Source of the DNA: Prevotella sp.
GTDB taxonomy: Bacteria > Bacteroidota > Bacteroidia > Bacteroidales > Dysgonomonadaceae
Direction of reading: 5' to 3'
NCBI GenBank assembly: GCA_031285625.1
Contig: JAITVV010000071.1
Span: 1 to 64,000 of the forward strand
DNA length: 64,000 bases
Under the pieces are notes generated by a model. The model was not told where the DNA came from. It worked only from the letters and a program-made list of their open reading frames with translations, and did no database searches. Shown here piece after piece: positions 41,501 to 49,035 of the stretch. Each line of letters opens with the position of its first letter. Position 1 is the first letter of the stretch. The translations under genes and the position numbers were made by a program.

Positions 41501-41592
41501 ATCGTGCTATGGCATGGTATGATGTTGCTGAGTTTAAAGCGAAGATTGAAGAAGCTGAGTTAGAATATCTAAACAGTAATGAAGATGAGTGA
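38521..41592 (+). CDS. Large N6-adenine DNA methyltransferase (gamma class, Eco57I/type IIG-like)
   Basis: ISGIYE, AVYTP, FEVAVGSGIFL (motif I), YGVDIN, GNPPW (motif IV); TRD-like C-terminal half. Confidence 0.88.
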   Translation: MKQNVSLNKFLIQLGLEKVVFFKDEEGVYSSVLHFDIQNKLKLISPDAIYIFNNQPLILFFDLTDNTDDKREDDIHKKVWSFDNSPIAFIIKSNEIKVYNALNYIKNENRLETINLTSDEIINKFSFWNLQSSNVWNWFQEKYIETIQKKETKKRVNERLFQNIRDVRNALIDKNNDPEGSIPNSLILRLIFIRYLIDRNIEIGSEFIDGCDTYSRRLSFSKLLQDPDKLSRLFVKLNDRFNGVLFKGVDIKLTTTQAESLSDIFNGEVPKKNSLFYGSDFYFEIFDFSIIPVEVISGIYESLIDPETRNLQSAVYTPSFLVEYILNDTIDVFLNENNTSECKIFEVAVGSGIFLVQSLRRMIEKEIELKGNLDKEAFSERIRDIAKQNLYGVDINKEALKVTCFSIYIALLDYQEPKNIYKYKFPNLLGENLFEANFFDTKNEFNQVINNARPQYILGNPPWKSNKDDYHIEWLKSNKKTVGRFEIAQSFLLRTKDFMNLDTKVALIITSTIFYNVSKTTRAFKNEFLSTYCISKFFDLSPVRRLIFEEKDSPASVVYYKLSENNDYINNVIDHQSVKINYFLKHFKMLVIEKYDKKKIFQRYFIEYDWMFKVALYGNTLDFVTINKIVENKSKINDYIDNKTIFSGDGILKGTPKPTPFSFLINLPIIENEEVKSYYTNVNIEKTMTLDDTYLESGRKLELFKGEHIYLKSQTLNESDIVVSYNNQTAVNRHDVITITSENEIDKLKEIYALLISDIHTYYQFLTSSAWGVSTRPAIRLKEYKNFPCVTLSTQHQQKLTSLINDFFENFILYYSDEIRSETLPVNKNILKNINKLINELYRINEAEKDLINYVLNVSRYQFQESKQDLIIDFTHTNKNDYRNKETVLKQYAEVFLREIEDIYDNEYIQAEIYSLHHFVAVNFVFHSDPIKERIIYQKNANIIESLEKLGNLSISQIASVTDPTKNLFIQKDIKGFEDNSFYIIKPNEYKCWHRAMAWYDVAEFKAKIEEAELEYLNSNEDE

Positions 41593-42310
41593 AGCTTCAA
41601 ACTTTATTTCTAAGCGTAAACAGCCTCTTTCTCTTAGGCAAAAGAATATCCAAAACATACTTTGGTATATGTTAGAATGTTATAGCATAATCCTAAATGA
41701 AGGAAAAACATACTCATTATCAGATATAAAAAAAAGTAACGTAAAACCTGAAAATTATCTCAGAAATAAATTAGTTGATGAATATTTAAGAAAATATACT
41801 CATCTTTTCAAAGAGAAATTTAAGACTGAATATATATTTTTTGATAAAGACACAGAGGAAACATATATTGATGAAAAAGGTAGTGAATCTACTGATAAAA
41901 TCGACATTTATATAAGAAATAAAGCTTTACAAGATTATTGGTCAAATAAGCCAAATGTTTACTATGCAGTGGAATGTAAAAGAATAAAGGAGTTGTCGGA
42001 TACTCAGAAATACATAAATGAAGATACTGTTGGCAAGTTCATAGAAAGAAAGCATACTGAATTTAGACAACCTATTGAAGGACAGCTAGCTTTTATTGAA
42101 AATTCAGATATAAGTCCGCTTAATATAGTAGATGACATAAATAAAAAACTTTGTAAGAACACCAATACAGAATCTCTTTTATCATCAATCGAAGTGCATG
42201 AAATGCAAAAATGTTGTTTTATATCTAAACATAATCGCAGTTTTAATATCAAAAGTAAGTTTAGTATCTATCATTTACTATTAGATTATTCAGATATTGT
42301 GATAAATTGA
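41579..42310 (+). CDS. Putative PD-(D/E)XK endonuclease
   Basis: KIDIYI...AVECKRI gives a D...ExK signature; overlaps the MTase stop. Confidence 0.6.
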   Translation: MKMSEASNFISKRKQPLSLRQKNIQNILWYMLECYSIILNEGKTYSLSDIKKSNVKPENYLRNKLVDEYLRKYTHLFKEKFKTEYIFFDKDTEETYIDEKGSESTDKIDIYIRNKALQDYWSNKPNVYYAVECKRIKELSDTQKYINEDTVGKFIERKHTEFRQPIEGQLAFIENSDISPLNIVDDINKKLCKNTNTESLLSSIEVHEMQKCCFISKHNRSFNIKSKFSIYHLLLDYSDIVIN

Positions 42311-42412
42311 GGGACGTAAAGTAAGCATTTTCAAAATGTTATAAGTTTCACTAAAATATACCCTTAAAATAATTAATATATTTATAATAAGCAAATTAAT
42401 TGTTAAAATAAA

Positions 42413-42434
42413 TTCTTCAACGAGGATGAGTATT
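42413..42434 (+). repeat. attR (displaced original 3' end of the DUF2795 gene)
   Basis: TTCTTCAACGAGGATGAGTATT(GA) encodes FFNEDEY-stop. Confidence 0.9.
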
Positions 42435-42470
42435 GATATTAGAAGTTTGTAACAGGCTAAAAATTAGTAT

Positions 42471-42516
42471 AAAAAAGAGATTAGGGTAATTAATAAATTA
42501 CCCTAATCTCTTTTTT
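42471..42516. terminator. Bidirectional host terminator (DUF2795/uvrA)
   Basis: AAAAAAGAGATTAGGGTAATT-AATA-AATTACCCTAATCTCTTTTTT. Confidence 0.88.
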
Positions 42517-42523
42517 CAATTCC

Positions 42524-45310
42524 TCAAAGCTTCTCCTTCAAAAAACGTCCGGTATATGATTTCTCACATTTAGCTATTTGCTCGGGAGTACCTTCACAAA
42601 CCACATAGCCACCTTCTTTTCCTCCCTCAGGGCCTATATCTATAATATGATCGGCACATTTGATCACATCCATATTATGCTCTATGATTACAATAGTATG
42701 CCCTCTCTTAATCAATGAATCAAAAGCCTTTAATAATGTTTTTATATCATGGAAGTGTAAGCCGGTAGTAGGCTCATCAAAAATAAACAATGTTGGCTCA
42801 GGTTTTTCATCTACAAGATGGAAAGCCAGTTTTACACGCTGATTCTCTCCTCCTGACAAAGATGATGAAGACTGTCCCAGTTTTACATATCCAAGTCCGA
42901 CATCTTGCAATGGCTTCAAACGTTTCACTATCTTCTTTTCAGTACTGCCCTTTCCTTCTTCAAAGAACTCTATAGCCTGGTCGATAGTCATATCCAAAAC
43001 ATCATAGATACTTGCTCCCCGATATTGTACATCCAGTATATCCTGCTTGAAACGCTTGCCTTTGCAGACCTCGCATTCGAGCAATACATCTGCCATAAAC
43101 TGCATCTCAACGAGTATCTTTCCTTCTCCGGCGCACTCTTCACAGCGTCCGCCTTCTACATTGAATGAAAAATAAGCAGGAGTAAAATGCATCTGCTTAG
43201 CTAAAGGTTGCTCGGCAAATAATTTGCGAATCTCATCATAAGCCTTTATATAAGTAACAGGATTTGACCGCGATGACCGTCCTATTGGATTCTGGTCAAC
43301 CATTTCTATTTCTTTGATCAGGTTGAGATCTCCTGCAATACTATTGTATTGCACAATCTGATCACCTTTCCCTTTGTAATGACGTTCCAGGGCAGTATAG
43401 AATACATCAGTAACAAGAGATGACTTACCTGACCCACTTACTCCCGTAACAACAGTCATCACATTAAGCGGGAACTTTACATCAATATTTTTCAGGTTAT
43501 TCTGTCTTGCTCCTTTTACTTCAATGTAATTATTCCATTTACGGCGAACTTTCGGAATATCTATTTTTTCTTCTCCATTCAGATAACGGACAGTATAACT
43601 TTCTGTATGTTTTTGAAGACCCTTGATATCTCCCTGATAAACGACTTCCCCACCCAGACGTCCGGCTTTAGGACCGATATCGATTATATAATCGGCGGCA
43701 AGGATAATCTCTTCATCATGTTCTACCACAATCACTGTGTTCCCTATCGACTTCAGTTCCTGTAGTACATTGATTAACAAATCCGTATCGCGCGAATGAA
43801 GCCCGATACTGGGTTCATCTAGAATATATAAAGATCCTACAAGGCTGCTACCCAGAGACGTCGCCAGATTGATACGCTGGCTTTCACCTCCCGAAAGAGA
43901 GTTTGACAAACGATTAAGTGTAAGATAACCCAACCCTACGTTTACCAGATACTGTATACGTACATTTATATCAGTCAACAGGCGTTTGGCTATTGCAGCA
44001 TCCGTTTCGTTTAATTCAAGTTTCTGAAAAAATTCCTTCAACTCAGATATTGGCATCAGTACAAGATCTGCAATGGTACTACCCCCTACCCTAACATATA
44101 ATGCCTGCGGTTTCAGGCGGGAACCTTTACAAGCAGGACAGGTAGTTTTACCGCGATAGCGGGCCAACATTACCCTGTACTGTATTTTATACTGATTCTC
44201 TTCTACCATCCTGAAGAAATCATCTATACTATGCAAGCCTCTGGCTCCATGCCACAACAGATCTCTTTCTTTATCCGATAACTCAAAATAAGGACGATGA
44301 ACAGGAAAATCATATTTACCAGCTGCATGAATAAAATCACGCTTCCATTCGCTCATCTTTTCACCCTTCCAGCACACGACAGCATCCTCATATACCGAAA
44401 GGCTTTTGTTAGGAACAACCAAGTCTTCATCGATTCCCATTACACGTCCAAATCCTTCACAAACAGGACAAGCGCCTACAGGGCTATTAAAGCTGAACAT
44501 AAGATCGGAAGGTTCTTCGAATTGTATACCATCTGCTTCAAAATGTCGTGAAAAATCAAAAGACTCAATTTTATCACCTATATAAAAACGTACAAAACAA
44601 TCTCCCTCTCCTTCAAAGAATGCGGTTTCTATCGACTCCGAAAAGCGACTTATATTGGCGGCATCCTTATCACATGTAAGACGGTCAATCAAAAGGAGCA
44701 TCTCGTCCGGTTTATGCTTTTCTTTAGAAGCAAGAACATCCTCTATCCTTTCAAATTTTCCGAGAATTTCTACACGGGAGAAACCTTCTTTGGAAAGGAT
44801 TTCCAATTGTTCTTCGAGTGTACGGTCGTCCCGGAGAATTATCTTTGTTAGTATTGCCAAACGTGTTTCCTCAGGATAAGAGAGCATTTTCTCAACAATA
44901 TCACTGACCTGATGCTTTTTAACAATCTGACCTGAAACTGGAGAGATAGTTTTACCCACACGGGCAAATAACAGCCGCAAGTATTCGTATATCTCAGTGG
45001 ATGTACCTACGGTAGATCGCGGATTACGCGCACTTACTCGTTGCTCGATCGCAATTGCAGGAGGTATCCCTTTTATATAATCACTTTCGGGTTTGTTCAT
45101 TCTTCCAAGGAACTGACGCGCATAGGAAGACAAGCTCTCCACATAACGGCGCTGACCTTCGGCATATAATGTGTCAAATGCTAAAGAAGACTTTCCCGAA
45201 CCCGATAAACCTGCTATAACAACAAATTTATTGCGAGGTATTTCTACGTCAATATTTTTCAGGTTATTAACCCGTGCTCCCTTTATAAATATATTTTTTT
45301 CCTCTGACAT
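42524..45310 (-). CDS. uvrA: Excinuclease ABC subunit A
   Basis: Two Walker A motifs ([18 protein letters not shown]), two LSGGE signatures, Zn-finger CxxC pairs. Confidence 0.97.
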   Translation of the reverse strand: MSEEKNIFIKGARVNNLKNIDVEIPRNKFVVIAGLSGSGKSSLAFDTLYAEGQRRYVESLSSYARQFLGRMNKPESDYIKGIPPAIAIEQRVSARNPRSTVGTSTEIYEYLRLLFARVGKTISPVSGQIVKKHQVSDIVEKMLSYPEETRLAILTKIILRDDRTLEEQLEILSKEGFSRVEILGKFERIEDVLASKEKHKPDEMLLLIDRLTCDKDAANISRFSESIETAFFEGEGDCFVRFYIGDKIESFDFSRHFEADGIQFEEPSDLMFSFNSPVGACPVCEGFGRVMGIDEDLVVPNKSLSVYEDAVVCWKGEKMSEWKRDFIHAAGKYDFPVHRPYFELSDKERDLLWHGARGLHSIDDFFRMVEENQYKIQYRVMLARYRGKTTCPACKGSRLKPQALYVRVGGSTIADLVLMPISELKEFFQKLELNETDAAIAKRLLTDINVRIQYLVNVGLGYLTLNRLSNSLSGGESQRINLATSLGSSLVGSLYILDEPSIGLHSRDTDLLINVLQELKSIGNTVIVVEHDEEIILAADYIIDIGPKAGRLGGEVVYQGDIKGLQKHTESYTVRYLNGEEKIDIPKVRRKWNNYIEVKGARQNNLKNIDVKFPLNVMTVVTGVSGSGKSSLVTDVFYTALERHYKGKGDQIVQYNSIAGDLNLIKEIEMVDQNPIGRSSRSNPVTYIKAYDEIRKLFAEQPLAKQMHFTPAYFSFNVEGGRCEECAGEGKILVEMQFMADVLLECEVCKGKRFKQDILDVQYRGASIYDVLDMTIDQAIEFFEEGKGSTEKKIVKRLKPLQDVGLGYVKLGQSSSSLSGGENQRVKLAFHLVDEKPEPTLFIFDEPTTGLHFHDIKTLLKAFDSLIKRGHTIVIIEHNMDVIKCADHIIDIGPEGGKEGGYVVCEGTPEQIAKCEKSYTGRFLKEKL

Positions 45311-45570
45311 ATCTTTTTCAAAAAATGGCTACAAAAATACGAAAAAATAAGTGTATTCTTATACTCATTACAAACTTTGACATTCAAGATAAATACTCTT
45401 TACTTTTTAGCTATCAGAATTATAAATCCAGGCAGTCAGGTTCATCAATACAACTGGCTTAGTATATGATTGAAGTTCTCGAAATAAGTTATGAACAACG
45501 ATCCTTTTTGTAATTTGCATACAGCTTCTATTTGCTTTATCTTTGTATCTCACAAAAAAATTAACACGAA

Positions 45571-45900
45571 ATGGAAGAAACTCCAAATTGTCCTGTATGT
45601 AGCATGGAAAATACATACTTTGATGGTACTGCATTTATTTGTCCTGACTGTTTTCATGAATGGACAGACCATGCAACTGATGAAACTGAGGATACAACAC
45701 CTAAAGATAGTAATGGGGCAGAGCTTTTTGACGGTGATGCTGTTACAGTAATTAAAGACCTGAAAGTAAAAGGGTCATCTATGGTTATCAAGCGTGGTAC
45801 AAAAGTAAGAAGTATTCGTTTGACTGAGGAACCTACAGAAGTAGACTGCAAAATAGACGGTTCAAGTATTGTACTGAAAACCTGTTTTTTAAAGAAATAA
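45571..45900 (+). CDS. PhnA/YjdM zinc-ribbon protein
   Basis: CPVC...CPDCFHEW; KDSNG..L.DGD.VTVIKDLKVKG. Confidence 0.9.
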   Translation: MEETPNCPVCSMENTYFDGTAFICPDCFHEWTDHATDETEDTTPKDSNGAELFDGDAVTVIKDLKVKGSSMVIKRGTKVRSIRLTEEPTEVDCKIDGSSIVLKTCFLKK

Positions 45901-45909
45901 TTATTTTAT

Positions 45910-46401
45910 ATGTTTATAGATAAATGGTGGGGAAATTATATTGGGGGTTCTGACGATTCTTTTTTATTGTTAGACTATTTCGGCACCAGGAATTCTACAG
46001 TTTTCAATTTAAATGATATTTTACAAGAAACAGGGCTTAGTGATTTATTGATAAGTGGAGGGTTGGAAAACGGCGATCTTTCTTTTCAGGTGAAGGAAGG
46101 ATATGTTCCACACTTCGATATGACGATAGATGTATTGATCGATTTATCCGCAATAGTTATAGAATGTTTACATAATCAGCGTGTTGCAATTAAGGATTTA
46201 GATAATTCATCTAACTATTCAAATACAATATCAATTTCTGCAAAACCAGAGGATCTGATGTTACTAACTAACGGTTTGGATAACTTTATCAAGAATCCTA
46301 AATCATATGAGCTATCTGATATGATGGATGAAGAAAGCCTTTCAGAACTGCTTGCAGATTGTAATGAAGTCTGCGAATCTCTCAGAAAATATATTTTATA
46401 A
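45910..46401 (+). CDS. Imm68-like putative immunity protein
   Basis: N-terminus MFIDKWWGNYIGGSDDS recalls the Imm68 family; acidic. Confidence 0.55.
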   Translation: MFIDKWWGNYIGGSDDSFLLLDYFGTRNSTVFNLNDILQETGLSDLLISGGLENGDLSFQVKEGYVPHFDMTIDVLIDLSAIVIECLHNQRVAIKDLDNSSNYSNTISISAKPEDLMLLTNGLDNFIKNPKSYELSDMMDEESLSELLADCNEVCESLRKYIL

Positions 46402-46416
46402 TGCTGGTATAAAAAG

Positions 46417-47241
46417 ATGCAATACGAATTATTCACACAGTATAAATACAAGTTCTTCAGCCTGGGTAGTGGTAGCAGTGGAAATTGTTATTATCTGGGG
46501 ACTAATGAATACGGTATTCTTATTGATGCCGGTATAGGTATTCGTGCTATTCAGAAGGCATTAAGGGAATATGGTGTGTCTTTCAGCAAAATAATGGCCA
46601 TACTTATTACACACGATCATGCTGACCACATAAAAACTGTTGGTTGTTTAGGTGATAAGTTTAATATTCCAGTGTATACAACAGAGACAGTTCATCAGGG
46701 TATACACAGAAACAGGGCTGTTCGGGCCAGTTTAATTAATTCAAGAAGAATTATAGAAAAAGACATTCCCTTTTCTATTAAAGATTTCGAAATAACAGCT
46801 TTCGAAGTCCCTCACGACAGTATTGATAATGTTGGTTACCGGATCCGGTTTGAAGGTCAAACTTTTGTGCTGGTTACTGATGTCGGTCGTATTACTGACA
46901 AAATAAGAAAATATGCCAGTGAAGCTAATCATTTGGTTATAGAAGCCAATTATGATGAATATATGTTGCAGACAGGCAAATATCCGTATTACTTGAAACA
47001 GCGTATAGTTAATGGAATGGGACATTTGAGCAACCGCTTATCTGCAGAATTTATAGTAAGTATATACAATAAGAACTTACAGAATATATGGCTTTGTCAT
47101 CTCAGTCAGGATAATAATCATCCTGAAATTGCATTTAAAACTGTGGAAAAGGCATTATTTACGAATGGAATAAAAGTGGGTATAAATGTAAGGCTTGAAA
47201 CATTGAGCCGCTATAAAGTATCGGGATTGAGAGAGTTCTGA
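46417..47241 (+). CDS. MBL-fold metallo-hydrolase (YycJ/PhnP-like)
   Basis: SGSSGN, THDHADH, PHD, EANYD, GHLSN, CHLS. Confidence 0.9.
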   Translation: MQYELFTQYKYKFFSLGSGSSGNCYYLGTNEYGILIDAGIGIRAIQKALREYGVSFSKIMAILITHDHADHIKTVGCLGDKFNIPVYTTETVHQGIHRNRAVRASLINSRRIIEKDIPFSIKDFEITAFEVPHDSIDNVGYRIRFEGQTFVLVTDVGRITDKIRKYASEANHLVIEANYDEYMLQTGKYPYYLKQRIVNGMGHLSNRLSAEFIVSIYNKNLQNIWLCHLSQDNNHPEIAFKTVEKALFTNGIKVGINVRLETLSRYKVSGLREF

Positions 47242-47311
47242 ATAAATATTATTCTTATATCAGAATATTTTATATTTTTACTGTATCGATAACTTACAAT
47301 AAACTAATACT

Positions 47312-47668
47312 ATGAATACCTCTTCTCGAAAATGGTTTAACCGCATTTTTAAAGGAGCATCGCTGGCTACAGTGGCAATGGCTTTCCAGGCATGTTATGG
47401 CGCCCCCCGTGATTTTGGTATGGATCAATATATTGATGGGGTTGTATTAAGTGCTGAAGGTGAGCCTTTGCAGGGTGTACTTGTATCTATAGACGATACA
47501 ATACAGCATACTCAAACCGATGCAGAAGGAAAATTTCAATTTTATATTTCCCGCAAAGATGAGTATAAACTATCTTTCTCGGATGATAAAGGAAATAATC
47601 TGAATAAAGATACTACTCTTACAGACCGGCGTGGAGGAATTTATTTAACTATAAATGTAGAAAAATAA
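47312..47668 (+). CDS. Radical SAM-associated lipoprotein (TIGR04134-like) with carboxypeptidase-regulatory-like domain
   Basis: Lipobox FQAC followed by YGAP; GEPLQGVLV...TDAEGKF; abuts the rSAM gene. Confidence 0.7.
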   Translation: MNTSSRKWFNRIFKGASLATVAMAFQACYGAPRDFGMDQYIDGVVLSAEGEPLQGVLVSIDDTIQHTQTDAEGKFQFYISRKDEYKLSFSDDKGNNLNKDTTLTDRRGGIYLTINVEK

Positions 47669-48724
47669 ATGTTCTTGGATCGTTTTAAACAATCATTACA
47701 TATAAAGGCAAAAGAGATTGAACACAAGCAACACAATCTCTTTTATCTTTTCTGGGAGTGTACACAGCGCTGTAATCTCTCATGTCTGCACTGTGGTAGT
47801 GATTGCGTATCCGATTCGAAATATAAGGATATGCCAAAAGAGGATTTCTTTAAGGTACTCGATGGTATCAATGAGTATCCCCATGATCATATTACTGTAA
47901 TTGTTACAGGAGGGGAACCTCTGGTAAGGAAAGACCTAGAAGAATGTGGTTTTGAAATACGCAGGCGGGGATTTCGATGGGGAATTGTTACCAATGGATA
48001 TGCTTATACTAAAGAGCGTCATATTTCGCTTCTAAATGCAGGAATGGGTTCTATCACTCTCAGTTTTGATGGGTTGAGTGATACACACAACTGGTTGCGA
48101 AACAATCCTAAAAGCTTCGAAAGGACAGTGAATGCACTTCAACTTATATCTGCCTCTGAACGCTTAACATCGGATGTAGTAACGTGTGTAAACAAGCAGA
48201 ATATTTCTCAGCTCGAAGAAATCTATCAATTGATTCAGCTAAACGGAGGCAAAGCTTGGCGCTTGTTTACCATTACACCTATTGGCAGAGCAAAGAACAA
48301 CGAAGATATGCTGCTCAGTGCGGATGAGTTTACATATCTGATGGAGTTTATCAAGGTGAAAAGAAAATCCGGAGGGATGAATATAAAGTTTAGCTGTGAA
48401 GGATATGTCGGCCGATACGAAGGTGAAGTACGGGAAGGTTATTTCTTTTGCAGGGCAGGTGTTAATGTGGCCTCTGTCTTAATCGATGGGAGTATAGGCG
48501 CTTGTCCGAATATAAACCGCAGCTTTACGCAGGGCAATATCTATAGAGATAACTTTATGGATGTATGGAACAATCGTTATGAACTATATAGAAATCGTAA
48601 CTGGACCAAAACAGGGCAATGCGCTTCATGCAAAGAATATAAGTACTGCAATGGAAATGGTATGCACTACTGGACTGAAAACAAAGACAATGTATTAACC
48701 TGCCATTATAATCTGATAAAATAA
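47669..48724 (+). CDS. Radical SAM/SPASM enzyme (TIGR04133-like, rSAM/lipoprotein system)
   Basis: CNLSCLHC (CX3CX2C), TGGEP; SPASM cysteines FCRAG, GACP, CASC..YCNG..TC. Confidence 0.88.
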   Translation: MFLDRFKQSLHIKAKEIEHKQHNLFYLFWECTQRCNLSCLHCGSDCVSDSKYKDMPKEDFFKVLDGINEYPHDHITVIVTGGEPLVRKDLEECGFEIRRRGFRWGIVTNGYAYTKERHISLLNAGMGSITLSFDGLSDTHNWLRNNPKSFERTVNALQLISASERLTSDVVTCVNKQNISQLEEIYQLIQLNGGKAWRLFTITPIGRAKNNEDMLLSADEFTYLMEFIKVKRKSGGMNIKFSCEGYVGRYEGEVREGYFFCRAGVNVASVLIDGSIGACPNINRSFTQGNIYRDNFMDVWNNRYELYRNRNWTKTGQCASCKEYKYCNGNGMHYWTENKDNVLTCHYNLIK

Positions 48725-48801
48725 TTGTTGTGAAACAATTTGATATTTAGTTTTGTTTATTTAGTCATAGAGAGTATTGATAAACTTAAAGAAGTACCAT
48801 T

Positions 48802-48969
48802 ATGACTGATAAAGATAAGAAAGAGCATAACTCTATGCTGGATAACAGACTGGGTACACCCATGAAAAAAGCCGAAGGATTGAGCAGTGATATGAAAAAA
48901 GCCGAATCGGAACATTTACATGCTTTTCGTGATGACGTAAATATCAATGATAAAGAAGATAAGCTATAG
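48802..48969 (+). CDS. Small hydrophilic protein (55 aa), not in ORF track
   Basis: MTDKDKKEHNSMLDNRLGTPMKKAEGLSSDMKKAESEHLHAFRDDVNINDKEDKL*; a hairpin begins immediately after the stop. Confidence 0.55.
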   Translation: MTDKDKKEHNSMLDNRLGTPMKKAEGLSSDMKKAESEHLHAFRDDVNINDKEDKL

Positions 48970-49009
48970 AATAATGGTGCTATTTAGACTTCTAAATAGC
49001 ACCATTATT
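48970..49009. terminator. 19-bp inverted repeat, terminator between convergent genes
   Basis: AATAATGGTGCTATTTAGA-CT-TCTAAATAGCACCATTATT. Confidence 0.75.
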
Positions 49010-49035
49010 AAAATATGACTTCATTAATTAATGCT

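Larger units (their letters stand above)
32386..42434. mobile_element. ~10-kb integrative element (IME/satellite-like) with defence cargo
   Basis: Flanking 22-bp direct repeats, tyrosine integrase next to attL, excisionase-like HTH, Rep-like gene, serine recombinase, MTase-nuclease pair; visibly AT-richer than its flanks. Confidence 0.92.

Noticed and set aside
38521-42310. BREX, DISARM or type I R-M
   Set aside because: No PglZ, ATPase, helicase, HsdR or HsdS partners adjacent.
32386-42434. Prophage or self-transmissible ICE
   Set aside because: No structural, packaging, lysis, Zot-like or T4SS genes; only ~10 kb.
48733-48757. Shared AAAC-N16/17-TGTT stress promoter (also 11305-11328)
   Set aside because: Too short and AT-rich to distinguish from chance without TSS data.
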